Shown here: piece by piece, positions 1 through 13,019 of the stretch
Layout: the number at the start of each line of letters is the position of its first letter
How positions within the stretch are numbered: position 1 is the stretch's first letter
Assembly: GCF_006345805.1 (NCBI RefSeq)
Contig: NW_021836155.1
Location: 4,175 to 68,174, forward strand
DNA from: Octopus sinensis
Taxonomy: Eukaryota
Direction of reading: 5' to 3'
DNA: 64,000 nt
Program-made: the position numbers and the translations under genes
Notes under the pieces: generated by a model
Databases searched by the model: none
What the model was told of the DNA's origin: nothing
Seen by the model: the letters and a program-made list of their open reading frames with translations, nothing else

Positions 1-283
1 TATAATATACATTATACATATATATATATATATATATACATTAGATATTATATAAAAATATATATATATATATACATATATATATAACATATATATAATA
101 TATACATAATATATATATACATATATATATATACATATATATCAATATATAATATATTACATATATATACATATATATATATATACTATATAATATATAT
201 ATATATATATATACATATATATATTATATATACATAAGATACCATATAATATATAATATACATACATATAATATATAATATAC

Positions 284-315
<32 letters not shown>

Positions 316-329
316 ACATATACATATAC

Positions 330-383
<54 letters not shown>

Positions 384-400
384 TATACATACACACACAT
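1..400. repeat. (TA)n/(TATACA)n microsatellite
   Basis: Almost pure TA/CA dinucleotide sequence; ORFs here are (YI)n artefacts. Confidence 0.95.
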
Positions 401-1062
401 GCACTCACATGCATGTGTATATAGGCCTAGCAAATCTGTAATGACCTTGAGTGCATAAAGAAGCTAATAGAAGTTGGTTGTTGACCACATAATAAAAGGA
501 GAAAAAAAAATCAAATAACAAAATAGAAGAAAAACCTATGTAGGAGTCGGAGAGCACTGAATGACACGCTAAACGGTTACTGTCCATCTCTGAACAGTAT
601 AAACCTCATCAGACAAGGCTTGGTCAGTTGGGTTGGTTGGTCAGTTGGCTAGCTGGCTGGCTGGCTGGCTGCTCAGTTGGTTGGTTAGCTGGTTGGTCAG
701 CTGTTACTATAGTAAACCAGCATAAAAAGAAAAGTTCACACAGTGCAAGATGTCTATGATGATATATATATATATTATATATATATGTATATATATATAT
801 ATATATGTATGTGTATGTGTGTATGTATTTATCTGTGTGTGTATATGTGTGTGTGTGTGTGTATATTTTCGTGTGTGTATTTGTTTGCAATGAAGAGCAG
901 AAAGAATGCCAAATTGTCCAATAAAAAAGGTTGCCCTATTTTGCTTGTCCGATATTTCGATATTTCGTGCAGGGATGACCTTCATCGGATGATGTTGCCT
1001 TGTCTGAAACTGTAGAAGACATAGCTTGTTCCTTGTATGGATGGCGGGGGGGGGGAAGCTAC

Positions 1063-1555
1063 TATATCATCATTGTCATCATCATCATCATCATTACCAT
1101 CATCAATCACCAACATTTTCATCATCATCATCATGAATACCATTATCATCATTATCATCACAATCACCACCATCATTGTCATCACCAACAATATCATCAT
1201 CATCATCATCATCATCACCACCACCACCACCGTTACAATCACCATCATCATCTTTCACCTCCTCTTCCTCCTTCGCCTCACCATTACCATCACGAACGTT
1301 TTCATCATCATCATCATCGCCATCACCATCATCACCATTACCACCATCATCACCATCATCGTCATCAACATCTCCATCACCAGCAATATCATCAGCATCA
1401 TTATCCTCATCATCTCACCACCATTCCAATCATCATCATCTTGATCACCACCATTTTCTACCACCTCTTCCTCCTCCTCATCATCACCTGCATCACCACT
1501 ATCATCACCACCAACAACAACAACTTCATCACTATCATCATCATCAACAACAACA
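1063..1555. repeat. (CAT)n/(CAC)n/(CAA)n trinucleotide tract
   Basis: Mixed trinucleotide repeats giving poly-His/Ile/Ser ORFs in all frames. Confidence 0.9.
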
Positions 1556-1879
1556 ATCCCTGGACATTACTATCTCAAGTGTTTGGATCCACGGGGCTGG
1601 TCACTCGGTGTCCATCATATTTTCCTTGAGTAGACTGGAGCAATGTGGAGTGAAGTGTTTTGCTCAAGAACACTTAAAGAACACAAAGCACCACTCTGTT
1701 CAGCCATGACCATCCCATCTTAAGGACTACATGATATGGTGCTTAGAATTGTGGAACGCAGAAGTTTTGAGGGAGTATCGGCTGCTTTTTCTAGCAGATT
1801 GGATGACCAGGCAGAGACTTGATTATCCACTTGCTCTCCAGTTGTGTCTTATAGTTGATGCTGCTGCTGCTGTTGTTGC

Positions 1880-2215
1880 TGTTGAGCGAAGCGGTCTTCG
1901 TCCCAGAGTGGGAGAAATCCGAAAGGTGGTCCTTTGCTATTTGTAAGACCCGCAGAAGAGAAAGCAGGTCAACCCCCGACACCAAGAGCATCGACGGATG
2001 GATGAATGCGCATCCAGGCTCAGCGGTTGCATTGGAAGTCGGGGATAAGAAGCAGGAAGAAAGAGTAAGAGAAAGTTGGAGCGAAAGAGTACAACAGGGG
2101 TCGCCACCACCCACTGCCGGAGCGTCGTGGAGCTTTAGGTGTTTTCGCTCAATAAACACACACAACGCCCGGTCTGCGAGTCCGCTGCCCTAACCATTGG
2201 GCCATTGTGCCTCCA
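1880..2215 (-). mobile_element. tRNA-head SINE (family D), B box apparently deleted
   Basis: Minus strand starts GTGGAGGCACAATGGCCCAATGGTTAGGGCAGCGG (A-box-like head resembling the family E head at 49715/49964), then a GC-rich body ending in (CAA/CAG)n. Confidence 0.6.
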
Positions 2216-2679
2216 CTGCTGCTGCTGCTGTTGTTGTTGTTGTTGTTGGTGGGGTGGTGGTGGTGATAGTGGTTGGCCCTAGGTCAGAACCGATCCACTA
2301 GCAGACATGTTACTAACACTAATGATTGGCAGACAGAGCAGTAGACAGGCAGATAAGAGGTGGACTGGAGAATAAGAGGTGGGCAGATAGGGCAGAAGAT
2401 GGGTAGAATCAGTTGGTCATCAGTTGGACAAAATGGCTGGTGATTTTAGATGCTTTTACATTCAAAGTTCAAACCACACTAACATCAACATTGCTTTCTA
2501 TCATTCCAGAGGTTGATTAAAATAAATTGATAATTAAGTATCTTAATCAACATAAATGACTTAACTCATTTCTAAAATCACATTCGTGGGTGTATTCTTA
2601 TATTAGAGATCAATGGATTGAGGATAAATTCCTCTGTTCATAGCACTAATTTTGGAGACCTTATAACAAGAAAAGAAAG

Positions 2680-2776
2680 GCTATAGTAGAAGACACTTGC
2701 TTGAGGTGCCATGCAGTGGGACTGAACCTGGAACCATGTGGTTGGTAAGCAAGCTACTTACCACACAGCCACTCCA
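2680..2776 (-). mobile_element. SINE family A, head fragment
   Basis: Reverse complement of GGAGTGGCTGTGTGGTAAG...GGTTCAGTCCC...GCAAGTGTCTTCTACTATAGCC. Confidence 0.85.
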
Positions 2777-3255
2777 ATATATTTAAAAAAAATTTTTTTT
2801 TTTATCTAGTTTCAGCTCATGAGCGGTGGCCATGCTGGGGCACCGCCATTTATGTATGTATGTATGTATATATATTTACACACATACATATTACAGAATG
2901 CACACATAAACAGATGACAAGCATACACAAACACACATTAGGGCATGCACAGAGATACACAATAGACATACATGCACACATACAGACCCTGACACACACA
3001 TCATACACATGCCGCATGACAGACATACACACAAACACACACTCGCACCAAAGGACACATGCAAGAAACACATCATACACTCTCCAAATCACAGACATGC
3101 ATTTAAATGCTCACACTCACACACACATACACATCACAGCTAGAACACACACACACACTACAGCATGTGCACATAGACACACCATACGCAGACACTTCCA
3201 TACACACCACACGGCTTGGACATAAAATACACATCGCACACATGTTTATGCATAA

Positions 3256-3289
<34 letters not shown>

Positions 3290-3336
3290 GGTGTTGTTGG
3301 CACTGAGCATCATGTGTGTGTGTGTGTGTGTGTGTA

Positions 3337-3535
3337 TTTACTCTTTTACTTGTTTCAGTCATGTGACTGCGGCCATGCTGGAGCACCGCCTTTAGTCGAA
3401 CAAATCGACCCCGAGGATTTATTCTTTGTAAAGCCTAGTAATTATTCTATCGGTCTCTTTTGATGAACCGTTAAGTTCATGAAACATACCAGCATTGGTT
3501 GTCAAGTGACAGTCATGGGACAAACAGACACACAA

Positions 3536-3540
<5 letters not shown>
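3337..3540 (-). mobile_element. SINE family A, 3' half
   Basis: Matches the reverse complement of the family A tail (GCTCCAGCATGGCCGCAGTC...GAAACAAGTAAAAGAG). Confidence 0.85.
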
Positions 3541-3574
<34 letters not shown>

Positions 3575-3648
3575 CACTTACAAACATACACATATACACA
3601 AACTAACATACATACAGTCTGATACAAATATACACATATACACACTTA

Positions 3649-3688
<40 letters not shown>

Positions 3689-5545
3689 GCACCAAACACA
3701 CAATGTACTCAAACACACAACATACTTCCATATCTACAGGTATGGATAGAGAAACACACCCAAAGGCCGCCCTCCACATCCCACCTTTACACTCATACCT
3801 CCACTCCACTCCACACCATACTGACCATACTGGACTCTACACAAAGCACACCACACCCCCCTTCCACCTGTCCTTCATTCAAATTCAGTCCTTCAAAGCT
3901 GTGGGGCCATAAAATTTCAATGAGGTGCGCCACACCTGATGCCGGCATTGTTGCTGGCTGCACACACATTTCTTCCACCTGACAAACCTTTCGACCACGC
4001 ACATACACCTGATGCTCTCGGTCGCCGCCATCACCACCACCACCACCACACCACCGTCACCACCACTGTCACCACCAGTACCACCACCACTGTCACCACC
4101 ACCACCACCGTCACCACCACCACCACCGTCACCACCACCACCACCGTCACCAAGGTCGCTGTTACCACCACGATCGACAGCGGCAACAACATTATATTCA
4201 AACACACTGACACACCTGGCATTCATTGTACTCACATAAAAATACACGCACACACACACACACGGGCACGCGCAAACACAGATACACATATACAAATACA
4301 CACACACATACACATACACACCTATGCATATACACACATAGATACACACACAGATATACACATATAAACACACGCACACATACAAACACTCATACATACA
4401 AACACACAGACACATACAAACACACATGCATACACTCACACATACGTACACACATACGAATACACACACACACACATAGGCACACTCACACACTCACACA
4501 CACCACCGCTACCACCACCACCAACAACAACAACAACAGCAATAACAAGAACATTATGTAGAAACACATGCACACACCTGTCGCTTATTAGCATGACTAA
4601 TGACCACAAACTGTGTTACACACACATACACACACACACATACATACACACATAGACCTACAGACATGCACACACCTGTAGCTCACTACCACCACCGCAA
4701 CCACTACCATCACCAACAATATTATGCACAAACACACCTGACATTCCTTACTGCTACTAACGACCAGTAACAACACACACACACACACAAATACACACAC
4801 ATACACACATGCACCTACAAACATACGCATATACACACACTAACACCCATACAGACTGATACAAATATACACATATACACACTTATACATATATATACAC
4901 ACACACACACGCACTTACAAACATACACACACTAACACACATACAGACTGATACAAATACACACTTATACATATATACACACACACACCAACACACACAC
5001 ATACACACATGCACTTACAAACATACACATATACACACACTAACACACATACAGACTGATACAAATATACACATATACACACTTATACATATACACACAC
5101 ATACACATACACACATACACACATGCACTTGCAAACATACCCATATACACAAACTAACACACATACAGACTGATACAAATATACACATATACACACTTAT
5201 ACATATACACACACACACACACATACACACATGCACTTGCAAACATACCCATATACACAAACTAACACACATACAGACTGATACAAATATACGCATATAC
5301 ACACTTATACATTTATATACACACACACGCAGAAACAAACACACAATCAGACACAGACACATATATACATACCCATTAATGCATTATACATCCACATACA
5401 TATATACAGGAACATATATATACACACATAGTCATACATACATGCATGCCAATACACATACATATACATACATATACCTGTTCATACATACACACACAGA
5501 TACAAACGAACGCACACATATACACATACATATATGCTTATACAT
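3541..5545. repeat. Compound CA/CAC low-complexity region with ~100-bp tandem units
   Basis: (CA)n and (CAC)n tracts; the motif CATACAGACTGATACAAATATACAC recurs about five times in 4830-5330 and once near 3610. Confidence 0.85.
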
Positions 5546-5547
5546 AT

Positions 5548-5982
5548 CTCTTTCTCTTTTTCTCTTTTATTTCTTTCAGTCATTTGACTGTGGCCATGCT
5601 GGAGCACCACCTTTTAGTCGAGCAAATCGACCCCAAGGCTTATTCTGTGTGTGTCAGGGTAAGTACTTTGTAAGTACTTATTCTATCGGTCTCTTTTGCC
5701 AAACCGCTAAGTTACGGAGACGTAAACACACCAGCATCAGTTGTCAAGCAATGTTGGGGGGCGGACAAACACAGACGACAAACATACACACATAGATATA
5801 CATATACATATATGTACGACGGGCTTCGTTCAGTTTCCGTCTACCAAATCCACTCACAAGGCTTTGGTCGGCCCGGGGCTATAGTAGAAGACACTTGCCC
5901 AAGGTGCCACGCAGTGGGACTGAACCCGGAACCATGTGGTTGGTAAGCAAGCTACTTACCACACAGCCACTCCTACGCCTAT
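5548..5982 (-). mobile_element. SINE family A, full length
   Basis: Head with A-box (TGGCTGTGTGG) and B-box (GGTTCAGTCCC), internal microsatellite and tail all present. Confidence 0.9.
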
Positions 5983-6087
5983 ACATCCATACATACACAA
6001 ATACAAAGACAATTGCACATACATCCACATACATATACATACACACATATACCAGCTCATACATACATGCACACACACATACACAAA

Positions 6088-6243
6088 GGTATGGCTGGGT
6101 GGTAAAAAGCTTGCTTCCCAACCACATGGTTCCGGGTTCAGTCCCACTGCATGGCACATTGGGTAAGTGTCTTCTACAACACTCTCAGGCTGACCAAAGC
6201 CTTATGAGAAGATTTGGTAGCTGGAAACTGAAAGAAGCCTGTC

Positions 6244-6275
<32 letters not shown>

Positions 6276-6474
6276 ATTTGTGTGTCTGTTTGTCCCATGA
6301 CCATCACTTGACAACCAATGCTGGTATGTTTCATGAACTTAACGGTTCATCAAAAGAGACCGATGGAATGATTACTAGGCTTACAAAGAATAAATCCTGG
6401 GGTCGATTTGTCCGACTAAAGGCGGTGCTCCAGCATGGCCACAGTCAAATGACTGAAACAAGTGAAAGAATAAA
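6088..6474 (+). mobile_element. SINE family A variant, full length
   Basis: Head variant (AAGCTTGCTTCCCAACCACATGG) through tail; tail-to-head divergent neighbour of the 5548-5982 copy. Confidence 0.85.
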
Positions 6475-6479
6475 TACAC

Positions 6480-7130
6480 ACACACACACACACACACACA
6501 CATGATGCTCAGTGCCAACACCACCACCACAACTACCACCGCTACTGCTACTACTACCACTACCATTTCCACCATAACCACTAATTCTGCCATCACCACC
6601 ACCAAAACTACTACCAACACCACCACCATCACTACCACAGCCACCACCCCACCACCACCACCACTGTCGCAACTACCATCACAATTCACTCAATGTACTG
6701 GTCACATGCATTTCTACTTGACCCCTTTCCAACCACCAATACACAATACCACCACCACCACCACCACCACCACCACCACAACAACAACAACAACAACAAC
6801 AACAACACAACAACAATGACGACGACGACAACAACAACAACAACAACACCACACGCACACACACCTGATGCTCATATTGTACTGCTTGCGCGCACACGTC
6901 TCTACATGATCATTATCAACCCCCACCACCACCACTACAACAACAACAAACACCACCATTCCCATCACAGCCGCACCCAGCATCGCAACTCATAACCACA
7001 ACCACAACCAGCATTACCACCACCGCCGCCACCACCGTCATCACCATCACCACTATCACAACCTACTACCACCACCATCGCCGCCGCTACTGCCACCATC
7101 ACCCCCACCACCACCACCATACCACCACTA
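6480..7130. repeat. (CAC)n/(CAA)n/(CTA)n trinucleotide tract
   Basis: Direct inspection; poly-Thr/Val/His ORFs. Confidence 0.9.
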
Positions 7131-7306
7131 TCTTTATTGGACAAGATTCTCGTCCAGCTGAAAAGTCCATGAACAGAGGAGAAAACAATAAAAGAGAGAC
7201 AGAAACGTCCCAGCCAGAACAATTGTCTCTATCTGTTTACTTCCGTTACCTTTCTCTGTATCTAACTCGTTATCTCTCTCACTCTCTCTCTAAAAAATTA
7301 ACACCG

Positions 7307-7720
7307 AAATCAATCAACATCAATGGAAATTGCAGCTGTGATACCAGTGCTGGTGGTATGTAAGAGAACCATCCGAACATGGCCGTTGCCAGCGATGCCC
7401 CGACTGGCCTCGTGCCGGTAGCATGTAAAAAGCACCATCCGATTGTAGCTGTTGCTAGCCTCACCTGGCCCCCATGCTGGTGGCACGTAAAAAGCACCAT
7501 CCGATTGTGGCTGTTTGCCAAACTCGCCTGGACCTCGTGCCGGTGGCACGTAAAAAGCACCCACTACACTCATGGAGTGGTTGGCATTAGGAAGGGCATC
7601 CAGCTGTAGAAACACTGCCAGATCAGACTGGGCCTGGTGAAGCCTCCTGGCTTCCCAGACCCCAGTTGAACCGTCCAAACCATGCTAGCATGGAAAGCGG
7701 ACGCTAAACAAAGATGATGA
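7307..7720 (+). mobile_element. Family C retroposon (internal TAAAAAGCAC repeats, (GAT)n tail)
   Basis: Three ~65-bp internal units ending GGCACGTAAAAAGCAC, then GTGGTTGGCATTAGGAAGGGCATCCAGC...CATGCTAGCATGGAAAGCGGACG and GATGAT tail; the tail style resembles RTE-type 3' ends (inference). Confidence 0.8.
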
Positions 7721-7760
7721 CACACATGTATCATTATAATCATCATTTTTAACTTCTGCA

Positions 7761-7976
7761 AGGTGGCCGTCTGGCAGAATCATTAGCATGCCAGGCAAAA
7801 TACTCAACAGTATTTCGCCCATTGCTATTTTCTGAGTTCAGATTCCACTGAGTTCAATTTTGCCTTTCGTCCTTTCAGGGTCGATAAATTAAGTACCAGT
7901 TGAGTACTGGGGGGTCGATCTAATGGACTGGCCCCCTCACCACAAAATCCAGGCTGTGTGCCTATACTAGAAAGGG
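7761..7976 (+). mobile_element. SINE family B, alternative-tail variant
   Basis: B head and central CCTTTC...GTCGATAAATTAAGTACCAG domain, but with tail GTGCCTATACTAGAAAGG. Confidence 0.75.
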
Positions 7977-8007
7977 TTATCAAATCGGTAAGATAGAATT
8001 CATTTAA

Positions 8008-8210
8008 GGCAGCAAGCTGGCAGAAACGTTAGCACACCAGGCGAAATGCTTAGCGGTATTTCGTCTGCCATTACGTTCTGAGTTCAAATTCCGCCGGGGT
8101 TGGCTTTGCCCTTCATCCTTTCAGGGGCAATAAATTAAGTACCAGTTACGTACTGGGGTCGATGTAATCAACTTAATGTCCTTGTTTGTCCCCTCTATGT
8201 TTAGCCCCTT
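8008..8210 (+). mobile_element. SINE family B
   Basis: GGCAGCAAGCTGGCAGAAACG head, GAGTTCAAATTCC B-box, TTTGTCCCCTCTATGTTTAGCCCCTT tail. Confidence 0.85.
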
Positions 8211-8384
8211 CATGTTTTGTTTTTTGCTATAACCAGATGCCCTTAATACTGCCAGCCCTTACCTATTTCCAAGCAAAGGGATATGTTTTCCACCAGAGGC
8301 TGGGAATAAACAACATCTTTTGTTTGATAGTGAGACTTGTTTAAGACCATTCTGTGATGTCAAGAAAAAACACACACACACATG

Positions 8385-8801
8385 CTCTTACTCTTTACTC
8401 TTTTACTTGTTTCAGTCATTTGACTGCGGCCATGCTGGAGCAACACCTTTTAGTCGAGCAAATCGACCCCAGGACTTATTCTTTGTAAGCCCAGTACTTA
8501 TTCTATCGGTCTCTTTTTGCCGAACGGCTAAGTGACGGGGATGTAAACACACCAGCATCGGTTGTCAAGCGATGGTGGGAGGACAAACACAGACATACAA
8601 ACATATACACACACACACATATATATACATATATACAACAGGATTCTTTCAGTTTCCGTCAACAAAATCCACTCACAAGGCATTGGTCGGCCCGAGGTTA
8701 TAGTAGAAGACACTTGCCCAAGATGCCACGCAGTGGGATTGAACCCAGAACCATGTGGTTGGTAAGCAAGCTACTTACCACAAAGTCATTCCTGCGCCTA
8801 T
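8385..8801 (-). mobile_element. SINE family A, full length
   Basis: Complete head-to-tail match to the other copies. Confidence 0.9.
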
Positions 8802-9416
8802 ATACATATATATGCGTGTATATACAACATGCATTTTTCAGTTTCTACAGACTGAATCCACTGACAAGGCTTTGATGAGCCTGGAGCTATAAGAGAATCC
8901 ACTTGCCCAAGGTGCCACAAAGTGAGACTGAACATGTGTGTAGGATTGCATGTTTGCATGTGTGTATACACATGCATGTACACATGTATGTATATAAATA
9001 TATATATATATATAAATATATTGAAAAATATAAGCCTGAACTTAACCATCCTAACATTTTTATACAGAGAAACCCATCTCATTAAATAAGGAGAAAAGAA
9101 ATATAAAGCGATTATCTCCCTTATACCGGAAGAAATCGCTTATTACCTCCCCCTACCTGGAACTCTTCTTTGCACTACATAATGAAGACATGACACGATG
9201 TAGGTAAAGACATTTGAGAAATTTGAAAAGTTAACACGAAACCGGTAATTTCTTCAAAAACTATGTTACTATTTGCAAAATTTTATAACATTCTTCTAAC
9301 ATAACGACTTAAATATATTCTTTAACCTTATAAAACAAGCCTTCTGTAGTTTTTTCACTCTTTTCTATTTTCTATATATCCAACCACGTGCTTTCATAGA
9401 CCAACTTTCTCACATA

Positions 9417-9454
<38 letters not shown>

Positions 9455-9534
9455 AAGAGAGTTTAAGGGTTTAACCACGGTCTATATTCCCTATCTTTTC
9501 CACAATAATTCAAACTCAAATATTTTCTCACACC

Positions 9535-9582
9535 GTCTCTGAAGAAGGGGTATCCGTACTATCCCAGAAACAGCTGTAAGGC
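9535..9582 (+). ncRNA. Minimal hammerhead-ribozyme motif (type I, palindromic stem III)
   Basis: GTCT-CTGAAGA-A-GGGGTA(TCCGTAC)TATCCC-A-GAAAC-AGCT-GTA-AGGC: core CUGANGA and GAAA, stem II, ACAGCTGT palindrome, GUA cleavage triplet, stem I GTCT/AGGC with one G-U. Confidence 0.7.
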
Positions 9583-10077
9583 TATTTCATTATGAATGTC
9601 CTGAGAACACCTCACAGCCTTGGATTTATTATCTCATTCAGTTTGATGTGTATGTGTGAGTGTGTATGCACGCACGTGTGTGTATGTGTGATATATGTAT
9701 ACAGACACATATATATATGTATGTATGTGTGTGTGTGTAATATATGTATACATATATATATGATTGCATATTCAGTAATCTATCTATCTATTCATATGTA
9801 TATAATATATGTATAAACACACATATATATATTTACATATACTTATATATGCACATATATATTTTTATATATTCATCTTATCTATATACACAAACACACT
9901 TGTATTCTGATATATACATATGTACAGACATAAATATTCACATATACACATGCAGATACATATATACACGCACAGATATATATTTCTCTCTATATATATG
10001 CATACATATATGTGTGCACATATGCATATATATATATATATCTATACAAAAATATACACCCATATACATATATGTAT

Positions 10078-10476
10078 ATAGGAGTGGCTGTGTGGTAAGT
10101 AGCTTGTTTACCAACCACATGGTTCCAGGTTCAGTCCCACTGCATGGCATCAAGGGCAACTGTCTTCTGCTATAGCCTTGGGCCAACCAATGCCTTGTGA
10201 GTGGATTTGGTAGACAGAAACTGAAAGAAGCCTGTCGGATATATATATGTATGTGTGTGTATGTTTGTGTGTCTGTGTTTGTCCTCCCAACATCGCTTGA
10301 CAACCGATGCTGGTGTGTTTATATCCCCGTCACTTAGCGGTTCGGCAAAAAGAGACCGATAGAATAAGTACTGGGCTTACATAGAATAAGTCCCGGGGTC
10401 GAATTGCTCGATTAAAGGCGGTGCTCCAGCATGGTCACAGTCAAATGACTGAAACAAGTAAAAGAGTAAAAGAGTA
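10078..10476 (+). mobile_element. SINE family A, full length
   Basis: Head, internal microsatellite, (GAGTAAAA)n tail. Confidence 0.9.
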
Positions 10477-10749
10477 TATATATATGTGTGTGTGTGTGTG
10501 TGTATATATATATACATGTATATATATAGTAGAAATAGGTTTCAAAAAAAAAGACTACACTTGGTATAAATATGTAAGTATATATGTATGCCTGCATGTA
10601 TGTATGTATTTGTACTTACTTATATACATACATACGTATATGCACACACGTTACGTGTTAATAGAAAAATATGCACAAACACCAAGATATATATACACAC
10701 ACAGTCATCTGTCTCCATCCATCTCTTCGACACAGAATGTAACTGGTCC

Positions 10750-10817
10750 CACCAACCCCTTCCACCAACCCCTTCCAGCAACCCCTTCCACCAACCCCTT
10801 CCAGCAACCCCTTCCAG
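10750..10817. repeat. 13-bp minisatellite (CAACCCCTTCCAS) x5
   Basis: Five tandem units, each with a GGGG run on the minus strand. Confidence 0.85.
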
Positions 10818-10874
10818 CCCCCCACACCAGAGTTATCGGCAAACCAAACTTCTTTGTATTGTATTAATATTCCA

Positions 10875-11050
10875 AGGACCCCGGCCAATCTGTGTGGTAG
10901 CCAGCAACGAAAGATGTTTAATTGATGGGCGCTGAGACAGAGGAGACGAATGTGTATATAAGTGCAAGGAGACGAGGATGCGGAGGAAGCAAGCGGCGTG
11001 AGGTGAGATGAGGCTGGGGGGGGAGCAGGGAAGATGGGGGGGGCGCGGAT
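10875..11050 (+). promoter_or_regulatory. Candidate promoter/regulatory island
   Basis: Non-repetitive GC-richer segment with GGCCAAT near 10882, TATATAAG near 10954 and G-rich downstream sequence; motif spacing only, no transcript evidence. Confidence 0.25.
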
Positions 11051-11598
11051 GCTGCATAGCAATTAATAGGTGAAAGGCAACACGGTACCCAGTCGGAACA
11101 AATTGCTCGTTAGTTACTAAGAGTAAGACCTAATATATACGCATAAAAATTCTGAGCACATGCACGCACATGCACACGCGTGCATACTTAAGAAGTCAGA
11201 AAGACACGCACACACGAACCAGATGCAAATATATAAACATGCACATAAACACACGCGCACGGACACACAAACATGCATGCGGACAAAAACACATGCATAC
11301 AAGGAGAGAGAGGTATAAATGAATAAATACATATATATACACACACATATATACACATATATATACATACATATATACATCCACATATACATATATATGT
11401 TCATACGTATATATACATAAACATAAATATATGTATATAACTATATATATATGCATGTAAGTGTGTATATATATATACACACACACATATACACATATAT
11501 ACACATACATATATACATCCACATTTATATATATGTTCATACATATATATACATAAACATAAATATATGTATATAACTATATATATATGTGCATGTAA

Positions 11599-11636
<38 letters not shown>

Positions 11637-11946
11637 GCATACTTATATGTACATGTATATAAATATATATCTGTAAATGCACAAAAAGCCGCTCATAGTT
11701 CATACACACACAAATACGTGCGCATACACACATATAAATGCAAATACATACAAATGAGATACAGAAACTCTTGAACACACACACATATACACACACACAC
11801 ACCTCATAATATTCATGAGACCACCAGAAATATTTATGTCTCGCTAAACTAATCAAACTCAAAACTGGTAATTAAAAGCAGGACTGCCACACTCCAAAAC
11901 TGAATAAAATGCATGTGCACTCACACACACACACACACGCACACAC

Positions 11947-11985
<39 letters not shown>

Positions 11986-12135
11986 AAGAAAGAAAGAAAA
12001 ATATAGCAATGCTGTTGAGACACTAAGCAAGTATTTATGCCGCCACTCAACTTGTTAGACCAAATATCTTTCAAATATACTTATTTCCTTTAAAAATACA
12101 AGATAGGATACATTTGGTAATGTAGTCTTTGGTAC

Positions 12136-12610
12136 ACTATTACAAGGGTGGCGAGCTGGCAGAATCGTTAGCACGCCGGGCAAAATGCGTAGCCGTATTT
12201 CGTCTGGCATTACGTTCTGAGTTCAAATTCCGCCGAGGTCGACTTTACCTTTCATCCTTTTGGGGTCGATAAATTAAGTACCAGTTACGCACTGGGGTCG
12301 ATATAACCGACTTAATCCGTTTGTCTGTCCTTGTTTGTCCCCTCTATGTTTAGCCCCTTGTGGGCAATAAAGAAATAAGAAATGTTAGCACGCCGGGCGA
12401 AATGCTTAGCGGTATTTCGTCTGCCACTACGTTCTGAGTTCAAATTCCGCCGAGGTCGACTTTACCTTTCATCCTTTCGGAGTCGATAAATTAAGTACCA
12501 GTTACGCACTGGGGTCAATATAACCGACTTAATCCGTTTGTCTGTCCTTGTTTGTCCCCTCTGTGTTTAGCTCCTTGTGGGTAGTAAACAAATAACTATT
12601 ACAAGGGTGG
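12136..12610 (+). mobile_element. SINE family B head-to-tail dimer with 16-bp TSD
   Basis: Full monomer then a monomer lacking ~15 5' nt; ACTATTACAAGGGTGG at 12136-12151 and 12595-12610. Confidence 0.85.
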
Positions 12611-12880
12611 GCTGAAAAGTAATAGGCCGACTTTGAAGGAGTGATGCTAGAACTGTGAAATCTTGTATGTATTAATTTCAACCCGATTCTAATGAATAAC
12701 TGAATCATTTCTTTCCAGGTAAACTGACATCTGAGTGTTCAAAGACGACTTCAGGCATAACGAGTAGTGACGTCTCTTGAAAATGGACAAAATTTTACTT
12801 CATAGTGTTATTAAGTACCAACCCCTCCATGACATTCATGCTGACATGGTTGCTACACCAGGAGACGATGATCCAGCTTA
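12599..12880 (+). mobile_element. mariner 5' fragment (TIR plus transposase N-terminus)
   Basis: TACAAGGGTGGGCTGAAAAGT TIR-like start; ATG at ~12783 gives MDKILLHSVIKYQPLHDIHADMVATPGDDDPA, resembling the mariner N-terminal HTH with a deletion. Confidence 0.65.
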
Positions 12881-13019
12881 AATATACTTACATATATGTG
12901 ATTGTGTAGTTTTAGAATGACATTGTAGGGTATGTGTGAGAAGACAGATCTGGTCAGTTTGAAGATGAAACAGATAGAGTATTTGGGCCTGATGTGGCTG
13001 GATTAAATGCTAAAGGATT

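Noticed and set aside
568-614. Hammerhead on the minus strand (CTGATGA-GGTT...AACC)
   Set aside because: Stem II pairs well but is followed by GTTT rather than GAAA, with no stem III or cleavage triplet; at best a heavily decayed relic.
157-1709. Poly-His/Ile/Tyr and similar ORFs here and throughout ((YI)n, (CV)n, (HT)n, poly-Thr/Pro)
   Set aside because: They are translations of di- and trinucleotide microsatellites.
1855-2193. GC-rich 112-aa ORF as an exon
   Set aside because: It is the antisense of a tRNA-head SINE (family D).
5895-6166. Recurring ORFs such as CPRCHAVGLNPEPCGW and MLQHGRSQMTETSK as a gene family or CxxC protein
   Set aside because: They are SINE A sequence read in different frames; frames are not preserved between copies.
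10078-10150. tRNA genes at SINE heads
   Set aside because: A and B boxes are present, but I could not build a cloverleaf with an acceptor stem, and each continues into a SINE body.
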